The translations under genes were made by a program, and so were the position numbers. From Bdellovibrionales bacterium (GTDB lineage: Bacteria > Bdellovibrionota > Bdellovibrionia > Bdellovibrionales > JAGQZY01), in NCBI GenBank assembly GCA_031429075.1, contig JANOYW010000019.1, forward strand, positions 10,952 to 74,951: 64,000 nucleotides of DNA, read 5' to 3'. Numbering within the stretch: the first letter of the stretch is position 1; each line of letters begins with the position of its first letter. The notes under the pieces were generated by a model. The model was not told the origin of the DNA. It searched no databases and saw only the letters and a program-made list of their open reading frames with translations. Below, piece by piece: positions 44,282 through 54,648 of the stretch.

Positions 44282-45270
44282 AAAGAATTTAAATACCAAT
44301 CAAGGGCCACCATAAAATCCTGGAGAGTTTGCTTAGGCTCTCCGGTTTGTAAGTTGAACTGCTGATACATAACTCCCACAACTCCACTCTCGCGGACCGT
44401 AGAAAGCGACTGGATTAAAATAACGGCCTTCTGGGAATCCAACCTTATAAGCTGCTGCACTTTTTCCTTTGGCAGCTCTAACCCATTTAAATCAGTCAAA
44501 CGATGAACCTGGCTCTCCAGATTTAAAAACGCCTCCCAGCATTGCTGTTGAGCTCGGCAATTTCTTTCAAACAAAGCTAACTTGCGGGAGTGCGTATGCC
44601 CCCACTGGCGCGAACTGTGATCAGCGTCACCCGAACTCTCCTCAGATTGTTTTAATTTAGTACTTCCATCAATCCAACCCCAACTCAACAACAAATTTTG
44701 TACTGACCCCAATCGATTTTTTGCCACTCGTCGCAAACTCTCATTGTCCCGCTCTGTGCGAATACGAAAATCTCGAGCTGTTTCATTGGGTCTTTGTGGA
44801 ACCTTGGGAGTGTCATAATAAAGAACAGAGTTATCCGAAACCCAAACAACCTGAGCGCCAAAAACCATCAGCTCTCCGGCAAACACAACATCTGTTTTTC
44901 CTAAATGTGAAAAATCCTGTTCGCGGACGCGCAGCAAGCCCCGGTGAGTGCCGTGAAACGACGCTTTTGAATAATCAATGGGAAGTGGCAGGTGGTGGTC
45001 GATGGCTATCGTTCCCGTTCGATCGAGCAAAAAAACGTAAAGCCCATCCCGCGAAAGCAAAGTCTCTTTGTAATCAGCCAATTGTTTGGAATTCGAGACA
45101 TTTAAAACTGTTCCATGCCTGGAAAGCTCGGATGTTTCGTACGGCACATCCCGTGAACTCACGCGCGGTATTTGATTTAATGCTACACTTTTAGAAAACA
45201 TATCCACGCAACGACTGCCAACGCCACCGTGAGAAAAAAGTAGAACTGCCAGGAGCACCAAAAAATTCAT
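44278..45270 (-). CDS. Secreted hypothetical protein
   Basis: 330-aa ORF with the N-terminal signal-like MNFLVLLAVLLFSHGG. No recognisable family motif. Its stop overlaps the convergent 42383-44281 gene by 4 nt. Confidence 0.55.
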   Translation of the reverse strand: MNFLVLLAVLLFSHGGVGSRCVDMFSKSVALNQIPRVSSRDVPYETSELSRHGTVLNVSNSKQLADYKETLLSRDGLYVFLLDRTGTIAIDHHLPLPIDYSKASFHGTHRGLLRVREQDFSHLGKTDVVFAGELMVFGAQVVWVSDNSVLYYDTPKVPQRPNETARDFRIRTERDNESLRRVAKNRLGSVQNLLLSWGWIDGSTKLKQSEESSGDADHSSRQWGHTHSRKLALFERNCRAQQQCWEAFLNLESQVHRLTDLNGLELPKEKVQQLIRLDSQKAVILIQSLSTVRESGVVGVMYQQFNLQTGEPKQTLQDFMVALDWYLNSF

Positions 45271-45349
45271 TGGTAACTTATACCTTCATCTGCTCGTTCT
45301 TTCATTACGGGTGAGGTTTTCCTGTAAATCCTATAAGGGTGTCAAAAGA

Positions 45350-45952
45350 TTAAGGGTTTTTGTGAGGCTCTTTAACACTCACCAAAGATTCAAAAAACAG
45401 CTTGGCGTCTTCGTTGAACCAGTCACGAGTGCCCACCACTTTGCGAAGAAGCTTCCCGTCTTTGCCAAAAATGTAGGATTCAGGCAGCTTATTTACCTGA
45501 AATGCCTTGCCCACCGCGTGGTCCTTGTCCCACAAAAGGTGCAGCTCCGGAACTGTATCCAAACTAAAAGCCTGCGCAAACGTTTCGATATCTTCCAATG
45601 CTGAATCGTGCGACGGCGCTAAAATAACAATTTTTCCTTTAAAGTGATTCAGAAGTTTCACCATGGATGGAAACTCTTCGGCGCAGGGTTCACACCAACT
45701 TGCCCAAAAGTTCAGGATAACAATCTTATCCCTCGTTAAAGCCTCGAGGTTTACCTCTGTTTGCTTTAAATCTTTAAGGACCAGTCCTGGCAAGGCTTTA
45801 AAGTCGTTCTTCTCTAAAAAGCCCACAACTTCAAAAGACGTGGGAGCGCTTTCCGTGGTGTAAGCTTTATCCAGCTTGAGCCAAGCGATAAATAGAATAA
45901 AAAAAAGCCCTCCAGTGATGAGGGCTGCTTTAAAAGTTCGAGTTTTTTCCAT
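45350..45952 (-). CDS. TlpA/ResA-like membrane-anchored thiol:disulfide oxidoreductase (thioredoxin fold)
   Basis: N-terminal anchor ALITGGLFFILFIAWL and active site NFWASWCEPC. Start at the ATG at 45952; the TTG at 45967 is an alternative, 9 nt from the rplQ stop. Confidence 0.75.
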   Translation of the reverse strand: MEKTRTFKAALITGGLFFILFIAWLKLDKAYTTESAPTSFEVVGFLEKNDFKALPGLVLKDLKQTEVNLEALTRDKIVILNFWASWCEPCAEEFPSMVKLLNHFKGKIVILAPSHDSALEDIETFAQAFSLDTVPELHLLWDKDHAVGKAFQVNKLPESYIFGKDGKLLRKVVGTRDWFNEDAKLFFESLVSVKEPHKNP

Positions 45953-45976
45953 CGAGTTTAATTGCAATGGCTTCGA

Positions 45977-46528
45977 TTAGCTATTCGCACGTAAAACACG
46001 ACGAGCTTCTTTTTGCATAGTCTTAATGTTTTTGTAACGCGCAAAAGCTGCTTTTTCGTTCACTTTCGTGTTGTGTGCGACAAGTTCTTTGCGGTTCAGT
46101 TCTTTCGTAACAAGTTTACGATCTTTCCCGCGAACTTTTACTTTCACTTTTTTCTCAGCGTAAGTACTTGCATCGTAATCAACAAATTCAATAAAAGCCT
46201 GAGGCGCACAGTCACCTGGGCGGTTGCTTAATTTGAGAATGCGAGTGTAACCACCAGCTCTCTCTTTAAAGCGCACAGCCAAGTCTGACATGATCGTCTC
46301 TACGGTTGCTTTGTTAGGGAAATCCGCCAACAAAACACGACGCGCATTCAAGTTGCCGGTCTTACCTAGGGTAATGGCCTTCTCAACATGGCGACGAAGC
46401 TCTTTTGCTTTTGTGATTGTCGTTTTAATACGACCACACTCTACCAGCGAACACACAAGACCTCTTAAAAGAGCCTTGCGAGGATTGCTTTTACGACTAA
46501 AATGTTTTGTTTTTCTTCTATGTCTCAT
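45977..46528 (-). CDS. rplQ: 50S ribosomal protein L17 (bL17) with about 65-aa basic C-terminal extension
   Basis: MRHRRKTKHFSRKSNPRKALLRGL...AGGYTRILKL...FIEFVD, then a K/R-rich tail. Total 183 aa versus about 120-130 typical. Confidence 0.95.
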   Translation of the reverse strand: MRHRRKTKHFSRKSNPRKALLRGLVCSLVECGRIKTTITKAKELRRHVEKAITLGKTGNLNARRVLLADFPNKATVETIMSDLAVRFKERAGGYTRILKLSNRPGDCAPQAFIEFVDYDASTYAEKKVKVKVRGKDRKLVTKELNRKELVAHNTKVNEKAAFARYKNIKTMQKEARRVLRANS

Positions 46529-46541
46529 AACTCACTCCCGA

Positions 46542-47606
46542 CTATTGCGGATCATTCCCAGGGGTCACACTCGCTACACGTGTACTTGTTGGAGCTTGAG
46601 TATTTGGATTCCATCCAGGAGGCGGCCATCCTTCGATCTTCAAGCCTAAACCTAATCCCATCTCAACAAGAATTTCTTTAATTTCATTTAATGATTTGCG
46701 TCCAAAGTTTTTAGTCTTAAGCATCTCGGCTTCAGACTTCACAACCAACTCGCCAATAAAACGAATGTTTGCGTTCTTTAAACAGTTTGCACTGCGAACA
46801 GAAAGTTCAAGATCATCCACAGAACGGAAAAGATTCTCGTTGAGAACTGGAGAACGCTTCTCTTCTTTTTCTGTTGTTGGCTCAACAGCTTCGTCAAACG
46901 TTACAAATACTTGTAACTGCTCTTTCATAATTTTAGCAGCAAGGGCAACAGCCTCTTCTGGCTTAATGGAACCATCTGTCCAAACTTCCAATGTCAAAGC
47001 ATCGTAGTCTGTTTTTTGTCCAACGCGCGCGTTGGTTACGTTGTAGTTCACACGGCGAATCGGAGAATAGATCGCATCCACAGGAACAATTCCTACACCT
47101 GTGCTTGCTTGTTCTAGCTCTTCCGAAGGAACATAACCACGACCGAAGCTCACAGTGATGTCAGCTTCAAATTTAGAGTTAGCACCAAGAGTGGCGATGT
47201 GCTGATCCGGATTTAAAACTTCGATTTTGTCGTTCAACTGAATGTCAGCTGCAGTCACTTTACCAGAGCCTGATTTAGAAATTTTTAAATTTAAGGTGTC
47301 TGGAGTGTGTTGACGAAAACGAACCTGTTTAAGGTTTAAGATAATGTCTGTTACGTCTTCCATCACATCTGGAATCGTCGAGAACTCGTGCAAAACTTTA
47401 TCAAATCGAACTGCAGATACAGACGAACCCATCATCGAGCTCAAAAGTACTCGGCGAAGTGAATTTCCAATGGTAATTCCGTAACCTCTTTCAAGAGGAC
47501 GAATCGTGAATTTTCCATAGGTCGTGCTGAGAGAGTCCGAATCAACCTCAACGCCTTTAGGACTGATCAAATCTCTCCAAAATTTATAATAATGTTCTTG
47601 TTGCAT
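46542..47606 (-). CDS. rpoA: DNA-directed RNA polymerase subunit alpha
   Basis: 354 aa with [24 protein letters not shown] and the C-terminal domain [23 protein letters not shown]. Confidence 0.97.
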   Translation of the reverse strand: MQQEHYYKFWRDLISPKGVEVDSDSLSTTYGKFTIRPLERGYGITIGNSLRRVLLSSMMGSSVSAVRFDKVLHEFSTIPDVMEDVTDIILNLKQVRFRQHTPDTLNLKISKSGSGKVTAADIQLNDKIEVLNPDQHIATLGANSKFEADITVSFGRGYVPSEELEQASTGVGIVPVDAIYSPIRRVNYNVTNARVGQKTDYDALTLEVWTDGSIKPEEAVALAAKIMKEQLQVFVTFDEAVEPTTEKEEKRSPVLNENLFRSVDDLELSVRSANCLKNANIRFIGELVVKSEAEMLKTKNFGRKSLNEIKEILVEMGLGLGLKIEGWPPPGWNPNTQAPTSTRVASVTPGNDPQ

Positions 47607-47633
47607 CTCTTCTCCGTTCGATCTTTAAAAAAA

Positions 47634-48050
47634 TTAAACTCTTCTTCTCTTCGGTGGTCGGCAGCCATTGTGTGGAACAGGTGTAAGATCTCTCATGGAG
47701 TTTACGCGAATTCCCGCATTGGCAAGAGCACGAATCGCAGGCTCACGACCTGCGCCAGGACCTTTCAAATAAACATCTACACTCTTGAGGCCTTGTTCGA
47801 TGGCTTTTTTAGCTGCATCTTCTGCTGCAAGTTGAGAGGCGAAAGGAGTTCCTTTACGGCTTCCTTTAAAACCCAACATTCCAGAAGCTGCCCAGCTGAT
47901 GGTGTTACCCGCCACATCTGTGATCGTAACAATTGTATTTCCAAATCCAGCCTGGATATAACAGCGTCCATTAGGAATGTTTTTTTTCGTTTTCTTTTTA
48001 ACTGGTTTGTTTGCGCCAGCTCCGGTTTTTGCACCTGTAGTCTCAGCCAT
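47634..48050 (-). CDS. rpsK: 30S ribosomal protein S11 (uS11)
   Basis: 138 aa with [18 protein letters not shown]...[25 protein letters not shown]. Confidence 0.97.
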   Translation of the reverse strand: MAETTGAKTGAGANKPVKKKTKKNIPNGRCYIQAGFGNTIVTITDVAGNTISWAASGMLGFKGSRKGTPFASQLAAEDAAKKAIEQGLKSVDVYLKGPGAGREPAIRALANAGIRVNSMRDLTPVPHNGCRPPKRRRV

Positions 48051-48064
48051 ATTTCAACCCTTCC

Positions 48065-48442
48065 TTACATCACTGCTTTTTTCTTGTTAGCCACTGTCTT
48101 ACGAGGACCTTTTCTTGTGCGCGCATTACTCTTTGTTCTTTGCCCGCGAACAGGAAGTCCTTTTTTATGACGAGTTCCTCGATAAGTACCAAGATCCATA
48201 AGGCGCTTGATAGACATTGAAATTTCTCGACGAAGATCACCCTCGATTTTAAATTGAGCTTGAATCATATCGCGAATTTTTGCGATCTCTTCATCATTCA
48301 ATTCATGAGTTCTTTTTGTTGGAGAGAATCCCATTGCTGTACAAATGTCTTTGGATCTTTTGCGACCCACGCCATAGATGTAAGTGAGGGAAATCTCTAC
48401 TCTTTTGTTTTTAGGTATATCAATACCCGATATACGAGCCAT
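48065..48442 (-). CDS. rpsM: 30S ribosomal protein S13 (uS13)
   Basis: 125 aa with [26 protein letters not shown]...[23 protein letters not shown]. Confidence 0.97.
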   Translation of the reverse strand: MARISGIDIPKNKRVEISLTYIYGVGRKRSKDICTAMGFSPTKRTHELNDEEIAKIRDMIQAQFKIEGDLRREISMSIKRLMDLGTYRGTRHKKGLPVRGQRTKSNARTRKGPRKTVANKKKAVM

Positions 48443-48444
48443 AA

Positions 48445-48558
48445 CTAACCTTGCCTTTGTTTGTGCTTTGGATTTTCACAGATAACACGAACGGTTCCTC
48501 GTCGTTTTAACACTTTACACTTTTTGCAAATTTTCTTCACAGATGCTCGAACCTTCAC
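48445..48558 (-). CDS. rpmJ: 50S ribosomal protein L36 (bL36), zinc-ribbon type
   Basis: Not in the ORF track because it is too short. Own translation from GTG: [37 protein letters not shown], stop TAG. GGAGG lies 5 nt upstream. Confidence 0.9.
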   Translation of the reverse strand: MKVRASVKKICKKCKVLKRRGTVRVICENPKHKQRQG

Positions 48559-48631
48559 CTGACCTCCAAAAAATAAATTGACAGACCGGCAAATCTAGCA
48601 CCGGCGTACGGATAGAGTCCAGATAATTTTC

Positions 48632-48660
48632 GAAAAAAAAGAACTATTTTAAAAATAGTT
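48632..48660 (-). terminator. AT-rich hairpin plus T8 tract after adk (candidate intrinsic terminator/attenuator before the alpha operon)
   Basis: Minus strand reads AACTATTTT-T-AAAATAGTT (9-bp arms, 48642-48660, overlapping the adk stop), followed by C and T8 (48633-48640). Confidence 0.4.
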
Positions 48661-49297
48661 AAAGATATGTTTGGATGCGTCCAAAGACGCTGTTCGATGA
48701 TCCGAGACCGTCGATGGAAACGAACAGACTCTTTTTGATATAGTACTCTTTTAGAGGCGCCGTGGATTTTTCGTAGGCCTCTAATCGCGTTTGGATAGCC
48801 TCAGCCGCGTCATCCTTGCGCTGGTACACTTCTCCACCGCAGTTATCGCAAACACCCTGTTTTTTAGGAGGTGTATTGGACTCGTGGAAAACGGCCCCGC
48901 AATTTTTACAAACTCTGCGCCCCGTCAGCCTTTGCAAGAGGTCCCCTTGTGGAACCTCTAAAAATAAGGCTTTTTGAATTTTCACAGCACCGATTTCTTC
49001 GATTTGCTTTTCGAGAGCTTCAGCTTGCACGATGGTTCTGGGAAAACCGTCAAAAATAAAACGCGATGTTTTGTTCTTTTCGATAAACTCACGAACCAAA
49101 CCGATAACAACTGAGTCGGGAACGAGTTTTCCCGCCTCCACATAGGACTGAGCCTCAACGCCGAGGGGCGATTTCTGCTGAATCGCCTCTCGAAGTAAAT
49201 TACCTGTGCTGAGATGTAAAAACGGTTTTGATTCCAGCATGAGCTGGGACTGTGTCCCTTTGCCAGCTCCTGGAGGACCAAAAAGAACTAGACTCAA
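48659..49297 (-). CDS. adk: Adenylate kinase (Zn-lid type)
   Basis: 212 aa with the P-loop GPPGAGKGTQ and lid CKNCG...CDNCGG. Confidence 0.95.
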   Translation of the reverse strand: MSLVLFGPPGAGKGTQSQLMLESKPFLHLSTGNLLREAIQQKSPLGVEAQSYVEAGKLVPDSVVIGLVREFIEKNKTSRFIFDGFPRTIVQAEALEKQIEEIGAVKIQKALFLEVPQGDLLQRLTGRRVCKNCGAVFHESNTPPKKQGVCDNCGGEVYQRKDDAAEAIQTRLEAYEKSTAPLKEYYIKKSLFVSIDGLGSSNSVFGRIQTYL

Positions 49298-50601
49298 AAG
49301 CTCACCCGTCGGGTGCGACGTGGACGCTGAGCTGTCTTGATCATGGCTTCGTATCTATAGGCGTTGATTTTTTCAATCAACTGTAAGGATACACCAACAA
49401 GAATCAGGACGCTGGTTCCTCCAAAAAAGAACGGAACAGCCGCCTGAGTAGCAAGGATGGTTGGCAAAATACAAATAACGCAAAGATAAATAGATCCCGC
49501 CACATTCAAACGCTCCATAACGGACTGAATGTACTCGGACGTGCTTCTTCCCGCGCGAATACCAGGAATAAACTTCCCAGCTTTCTTAAGGTTTTCGGCC
49601 ATTTCGTTGGGCGGATACATTAATTCTGTGTAGAAAAACGAGAAAAATGTCACAAGTGCTACAAAGAAAATATTAAAAAGTGCACCTGTTTGACTGAACT
49701 GCTGCTGTAAACCTTGGATCCATGGCGCTTGCGAGAATGTCGCTAGCGTTGCTGGAAAGCCTAAAATGGCGTAAGCAAAAATTGGAGGAAGAACACCGCA
49801 TAAGTTTACTTTTAAAGGAAGATAGCTACCTAGCATTTGCGGAGCTCTGTTCGCACCTTTTTGTGACATATGTATTGGAATTCTTCTTTGTGCTACCTCG
49901 AAATAAATGATGCAGCCGAGAACAAAAGCCATAAAAGCTAAAAGTAAAAGAGCTAACAATCCACTCATTTGACCAGAACTTACGGCATTCCAAAGATTAA
50001 ACGCACCCGTGGGGATATTCGCAGCAATACCAGCAAAAATAATAACGCTGGCGCCTTCGCCCAAGCCGCGCTCAGTAATTTGCTCTCCCAACCACATCAC
50101 AAAACAAGTTCCCGCTGTAAGCGTTACTACTGTCATAAGTTGTAGAGGAATGGCCCCAACCTGCGGATTAAATAGATACTGACCGTTGATTTCTTTGCCG
50201 ATCAATAAATTCGAAAGCCCGTAAGATTGTAATACGCAGAGAACAATTGTGCCCCAGCGTGTGTATTGTTGAATTTTTTTACGCCCTGGTTCACCTTCTT
50301 TTTTAAGCGCTTCAAGATATGGAACCATGGAACTTAAAAGTTGGAAAATGATGGAGCTCGAAATATAGGGCATAATACCCAAAGCTAAAACGCTGAACTG
50401 ATTGAGTGCGCCGCCGGTAAAGGTGTTAAAAACACCAAACAATCCGCCGGCCTGTTTTTCGAAAAACATTTTGACCGCTTCAGAGTTCACACCCGGTGTC
50501 GGGATATGAATGCCGAAACGAAATACGGCGATACAGAAGAGAGTAAAGAGCAAACGTCGTTGAAGATCCTTGTTGTTGACCATGTTCTCAGCAGTACTCA
50601 C
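49294..50601 (-). CDS. secY: Preprotein translocase subunit SecY
   Basis: 435 aa with 10 TM segments and [40 protein letters not shown]. Confidence 0.97.
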   Translation of the reverse strand: MSTAENMVNNKDLQRRLLFTLFCIAVFRFGIHIPTPGVNSEAVKMFFEKQAGGLFGVFNTFTGGALNQFSVLALGIMPYISSSIIFQLLSSMVPYLEALKKEGEPGRKKIQQYTRWGTIVLCVLQSYGLSNLLIGKEINGQYLFNPQVGAIPLQLMTVVTLTAGTCFVMWLGEQITERGLGEGASVIIFAGIAANIPTGAFNLWNAVSSGQMSGLLALLLLAFMAFVLGCIIYFEVAQRRIPIHMSQKGANRAPQMLGSYLPLKVNLCGVLPPIFAYAILGFPATLATFSQAPWIQGLQQQFSQTGALFNIFFVALVTFFSFFYTELMYPPNEMAENLKKAGKFIPGIRAGRSTSEYIQSVMERLNVAGSIYLCVICILPTILATQAAVPFFFGGTSVLILVGVSLQLIEKINAYRYEAMIKTAQRPRRTRRVSF

Positions 50602-51038
50602 TGTGCAATAACCTCAACCTTCCCGCCGGCCTTTTCAATGGCTTGTTTAGCTTTTTCGCTAAACTTATGAGCTTTTACTGTCACGGCTTTATCGATTGTA
50701 CCCTTTGCGAGTACTTTGAGAAGAGAATTCTTCTTGATAACGCCTTTTTTGTAAAGAGCCTCTGGAGACACTTCTGCTCCAAATTTAGTCAGGTCCGAAA
50801 GGTTGATAATTTCATAAGATGTGCGGAAGGCAACGTTGGTAAAACCAAACTTTGGTAAACGACGAACTAAAGGAGTTTGACCACCCTCGAATCCGCGTCG
50901 AACAGTTCCGCCAGAGCGAGCTTTTTGGCCTTTATGACCTTTTCCCGCTGTGCCGCCAAGACCCGATCCGTGACCACGACCTACACGCTTACGGTAGTGA
51001 GTCGATCCCGCTGATGGTTTCAATTTATCTAAAATCAT
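50598..51038 (-). CDS. rplO: 50S ribosomal protein L15 (uL15)
   Basis: 146 aa with [27 protein letters not shown]. Confidence 0.95.
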   Translation of the reverse strand: MILDKLKPSAGSTHYRKRVGRGHGSGLGGTAGKGHKGQKARSGGTVRRGFEGGQTPLVRRLPKFGFTNVAFRTSYEIINLSDLTKFGAEVSPEALYKKGVIKKNSLLKVLAKGTIDKAVTVKAHKFSEKAKQAIEKAGGKVEVIAQ

Positions 51039-51063
51039 ACAAACTCCTCATTCAAAAACAAAA

Positions 51064-51249
51064 TTATTTTTGTACAACAACCGTTACAAGGTGTTGAACT
51101 TTCATAATCTGACCACGATTAGCCGGATTATCAGCCATTACAACTTCAGCGTTGATACGATTCAAACCCAAGCAACGAACTGTTTCGCGCTGAGTTTGTG
51201 AACAACCCCGTAGACCTTTAATTAACTTAACTTTAAAACTTTTTGCCAT
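51064..51249 (-). CDS. rpmD: 50S ribosomal protein L30 (uL30)
   Basis: 61 aa with KVKLIKGLRGCSQTQRETVRCLGL, in the expected position between rpsE and rplO. Confidence 0.92.
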   Translation of the reverse strand: MAKSFKVKLIKGLRGCSQTQRETVRCLGLNRINAEVVMADNPANRGQIMKVQHLVTVVVQK

Positions 51250-51262
51250 GGGTTCCGCCCTA

Positions 51263-51727
51263 CTACTTAAATGTATTTATGAGTGTATTGCCCTGGAGCT
51301 GACCTAATCCATTTAAAGTCGCTCTCACAGCATTGTGCGCATTACGCGTACCAATACACTTTGTTAAAATATCTTTGATTCCTGCCGATTCAAGAACCGC
51401 ACGAACGGCTCCACCGGCAATAACTCCAGTACCAGGCGCTGCAGGTCTCATAATCACTGTTGCTGCACCAAACTTACCAATAACTTCGTGAGCAATTGTG
51501 CGTCCTTCAACAAGAGTGATATCTCGGAGTTTTTTCTTTGCTCCACGGGATGCTTTGCCAATAGCTTCAGGAACTTCACCAGATTTACCTGTTCCGTACC
51601 CTACACTGCCTGTTCCATTTCCAACAACCACAAGGGCTGCAAAAGAGAAACGACGTCCACCCTTAACAACTTTGGCAACGCGTCTTACAGCAACAACTTT
51701 TTCTTCAAACTCTGCAACTTCTTGCAT
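51263..51727 (-). CDS. rpsE: 30S ribosomal protein S5 (uS5)
   Basis: 154 aa with [34 protein letters not shown]. Confidence 0.96.
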   Translation of the reverse strand: MQEVAEFEEKVVAVRRVAKVVKGGRRFSFAALVVVGNGTGSVGYGTGKSGEVPEAIGKASRGAKKKLRDITLVEGRTIAHEVIGKFGAATVIMRPAAPGTGVIAGGAVRAVLESAGIKDILTKCIGTRNAHNAVRATLNGLGQLQGNTLINTFK

Positions 51728-51745
51728 TCATAACTCCTCTAAGAA

Positions 51746-52114
51746 TTAAAAATTCAATCCACCCTCGCGCGCGCCATCAGCTACAGCTTTGACACGCCCA
51801 TGATAAATATACCCGCTACGATCAAAAACAACTTTTTCAATTTTCTTATCTTTGGCTTTTGTCGCTAGCATTTTGCCAACCTCAAAAGCAGCGTCTTTTC
51901 CTGATTTACCCTTGATTTCACCAAGAGTAGATACAGAAACGATCGTCTTACCCGTTACATCGTCAACAAGCTGAGCGTACATGTTGCTCAAACTTTTGAA
52001 AATACAAAGACGTGGACGTTCCAACGTGCCTTTGATTTTTTTGCGAATTCGCACTTTCTTTGTCGAACGTGCTTTTAGCTTGCGACTATTTTTTTTATTT
52101 ATAACTAATCTCAT
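51746..52114 (-). CDS. rplR: 50S ribosomal protein L18 (uL18)
   Basis: 122 aa with [20 protein letters not shown]...[27 protein letters not shown]. Confidence 0.96.
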   Translation of the reverse strand: MRLVINKKNSRKLKARSTKKVRIRKKIKGTLERPRLCIFKSLSNMYAQLVDDVTGKTIVSVSTLGEIKGKSGKDAAFEVGKMLATKAKDKKIEKVVFDRSGYIYHGRVKAVADGAREGGLNF

Positions 52115-52129
52115 AATCTACCTCTTTAA

Positions 52130-52672
52130 TTATTTACCTGCGGACTTACCCTCTTTACGTCTGATAACTTCATCAGTGTAACGAACACCTTTTCCAAGGT
52201 AGGGCTCCGGCGGTCTAAAACCGCGAATGATTGCAGCAACTTGTCCAACCAAAGCTTTATCAGCACCAGCCACAACAACTGTTGTTTGTTTATCAACTTT
52301 AATTTCAATTCCTGTAGGAATGTCATAGATCACAGGATGACTGAAACCTAAAGACAACTCAAGTTTTTGACCAGCGATGGAGGCACGATAACCAACCCCT
52401 TGTAGGGTGAGCGATTTCGTGAACCCAGTTGTAACTCCCGTTACAGCGTTGTTCAAAAGAGCTCTGTATAGACCATGAAGAGCTTTAGTCTCTTTCGCGT
52501 CATTCTTACGAGTTAAAACAATTTTTCCCGCATCAATTTTCGCTTCGATTTCCGGACGCATAAGAACTGTCATTGAAGTCTTTGCACCTTTAACCACCAC
52601 TTCATTTTTAGGAGTGATCGTTACGTTAACCTTGCTATCAAAATTTACTGGGTTTTTACCAATTCTCGACAT
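52130..52672 (-). CDS. rplF: 50S ribosomal protein L6 (uL6)
   Basis: 180 aa with MSRIGKNPV...LQGVGYRA...PEPYLGKGVRY. Confidence 0.96.
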   Translation of the reverse strand: MSRIGKNPVNFDSKVNVTITPKNEVVVKGAKTSMTVLMRPEIEAKIDAGKIVLTRKNDAKETKALHGLYRALLNNAVTGVTTGFTKSLTLQGVGYRASIAGQKLELSLGFSHPVIYDIPTGIEIKVDKQTTVVVAGADKALVGQVAAIIRGFRPPEPYLGKGVRYTDEVIRRKEGKSAGK

Positions 52673-52679
52673 ATTTCAC

Positions 52680-53069
52680 CTACCAAACGATACAGAGAAG
52701 TTCGCCACCGGCGTTGATCTTCTTTGCATCTCCACCACTCATAACACCCTTGCTTGTGCTTATAATTGAAAGCCCATAACCAGATCTTATGTTTGGTATT
52801 TTTTCTGCGTTTACATAATAACGACGACCAGGACGACTCATGCGACGGATCCCATTAATTTTAGAAGTTCCATTCTCGTTGTAGTTCAAGTAAACGCGCA
52901 TAACGCCTTGTTTACCATCCTTCACAACTTTGAAAGAACTGATGTAATCCGTTTTTCTCAATACTTCAGCAATGGCCTCTTTCTGCTTCGAATTTGGCAC
53001 ATCTACTTTTTCGTGACCGGCTTTTACGCCGTTTCTAATCACTGTTAGAAAATCACCTACTGTATCCAT
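52680..53069 (-). CDS. rpsH: 30S ribosomal protein S8 (uS8)
   Basis: 129 aa with DTVGDFLTVIRNG...GLSIISTSKGVMSG..A...GGELLCIVW. Confidence 0.96.
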   Translation of the reverse strand: MDTVGDFLTVIRNGVKAGHEKVDVPNSKQKEAIAEVLRKTDYISSFKVVKDGKQGVMRVYLNYNENGTSKINGIRRMSRPGRRYYVNAEKIPNIRSGYGLSIISTSKGVMSGGDAKKINAGGELLCIVW

Positions 53070-53113
53070 CTCATCTCCTCACGCGACCCAACTCGGGGTG
53101 CGAATTTTATAAG

Positions 53114-53419
53114 TTACCAGCTGGCCTTTGTTACGCCTGGGATCATCCCATTGTTAGCGAAATCTCTAAAAGCCAAACGACTCATTTTAAATTTTTTCAA
53201 AACTGCTTTAGGTCTACCTGTGATTTCACAACGCGTATTAAATCGATTTTCCATCGACATACGTGGAAGTTTGGTAAGACGGCTGCGGGCGGCATCGCGC
53301 TCTTCCTGTGGAAGACCCATGTCTTTCATTTTTGCGCGCAACTCTCTACGCAAGCCAAGATACTTCTTAATTGAAGCTTCTCTTTTTTTATTTTTTGCAA
53401 TGTGACTTAATCTTGCCAT
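53114..53419 (-). CDS. rpsN: 30S ribosomal protein S14 (uS14), long zinc-free form
   Basis: 101 aa ending [21 protein letters not shown], with no CxxC pairs. Confidence 0.95.
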   Translation of the reverse strand: MARLSHIAKNKKREASIKKYLGLRRELRAKMKDMGLPQEERDAARSRLTKLPRMSMENRFNTRCEITGRPKAVLKKFKMSRLAFRDFANNGMIPGVTKASW

Positions 53420-53431
53420 ATATACGTCCCT

Positions 53432-53974
53432 TTACTTTCTAAATGGAAAGCCAAAAGCGTCGAGTAGCGCTTTCCCCTCAGCATCATTGTTAGCTGTCGT
53501 ACAAATCGTAATATTCATCCCACGAGCTTTATCAACTTTATCGTAATTGATCTCGGGAAATACAGTCTGCTCTTTAAGACCCATATTGTAGTTTCCTCGA
53601 CCATCAAATCCTCTAGAAGGAAGACCGCGGAAATCACGCACGCGAGGCAGAGACAAGGAAATCAGGCGATCAAAAAATGCCCACATTTTGTCTTTACGAA
53701 GCGTTACAGTAACACCAATTGGCATACCTTCACGGAGTTTAAAGTTTGAAATCGACTTTTTGGCTTTGGTGATCAAAGGCTTTTGGCCCGCGATCACGGC
53801 AATTTCTTCGGCTGCCGTGTTAAGAATTTTTGCATTCTGGACAGCATCAGAAAGACACTGATTGATTACAATCTTCTCCAACTTAGGAATTTGCATGATG
53901 TTCTCATAGCCAAGCTCTTTTTTAAGAGCCGGTGCAATTTCGCTTCTGTATTTTACATATAATCTATTTTTCAT
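53432..53974 (-). CDS. rplE: 50S ribosomal protein L5 (uL5)
   Basis: 180 aa with [13 protein letters not shown]...[10 protein letters not shown]...[19 protein letters not shown]. Confidence 0.97.
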   Translation of the reverse strand: MKNRLYVKYRSEIAPALKKELGYENIMQIPKLEKIVINQCLSDAVQNAKILNTAAEEIAVIAGQKPLITKAKKSISNFKLREGMPIGVTVTLRKDKMWAFFDRLISLSLPRVRDFRGLPSRGFDGRGNYNMGLKEQTVFPEINYDKVDKARGMNITICTTANNDAEGKALLDAFGFPFRK

Positions 53975-53985
53975 ATCTCACCAAC

Positions 53986-54354
53986 CTATAGGACTTCTGG
54001 AGCCAACGAAACAATCTTCACAAATTGTTTTGCACGAAGCTCACGGGCAACGGGTCCAAAAATACGTGTTCCAATGGGTTCTTTTGCAGCGTTAATCAAA
54101 ACGGCCGCGTTATCGTCGAACTTAATGCATGTTCCGTCTGCACGACGAATCATCTGCACTGTTCTTACGATCACAGCCTTTGCAACCTCACCCTTTTTTA
54201 CTTTTGAAGTAGGTAGCGCTGATTTTACAGATACAACGACGATGTCACCAACAGCCGCTGAACGCTTTTTTGATCCGCCAAGAACTTTAATACACATAAC
54301 TTCTTTGGCGCCTGAATTATCTGCAACTTTCATTCGACTCTGTTGCTGAATCAT
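53986..54354 (-). CDS. rplN: 50S ribosomal protein L14 (uL14)
   Basis: 122 aa with [28 protein letters not shown]...GPVARELR. Confidence 0.97.
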   Translation of the reverse strand: MIQQQSRMKVADNSGAKEVMCIKVLGGSKKRSAAVGDIVVVSVKSALPTSKVKKGEVAKAVIVRTVQMIRRADGTCIKFDDNAAVLINAAKEPIGTRIFGPVARELRAKQFVKIVSLAPEVL

Positions 54355-54357
54355 ATA

Positions 54358-54648
54358 TTACTCCTGACCCCGGGTCGCTTTTTCAACGATTTCCGCAAGT
54401 TTCCAACGTTTCGTCTTACTCAAAGGTCTCACTTCAAAAATGCGAACTTTGTCACCAACTTTTGCCTCACCCTTTTCATCATGTGCTTTAAACACAGAAG
54501 TTTTCTTTATGAACTTCTTATACTTTGGGTGCATCACCGATCGGTAAGTCATCACTGTTATCGTTTTTTGCATTTTATTTGCAACAACGGTCCCAGTTTC
54601 TTCTTTACGGCGACCTCTATTATTTGTCTGGGTATCTTTCTGGCTCAT
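54358..54648 (-). CDS. rpsQ: 30S ribosomal protein S17 (uS17)
   Basis: 96 aa with GTVVANKMQKTITV...HPKYKKFIKKTSVFKAHDE...GDKVRI.E.RPLSKTKRW. Confidence 0.95.
   Translation of the reverse strand: MSQKDTQTNNRGRRKEETGTVVANKMQKTITVMTYRSVMHPKYKKFIKKTSVFKAHDEKGEAKVGDKVRIFEVRPLSKTKRWKLAEIVEKATRGQE

Noticed and set aside
47607-47633. rpsD (S4) absent between rpsK and rpoA.
   Set aside because: The gap is only 27 nt, so the gene is genuinely not here. However, rpsD is located elsewhere in many bacterial lineages, so this is a common variation.
48559-48658. No map or infA between adk and rpmJ.
   Set aside because: The 100-nt spacer holds only a hairpin/T-tract and the rpmJ RBS. Absence of map/infA from this position is frequent among bacteria.
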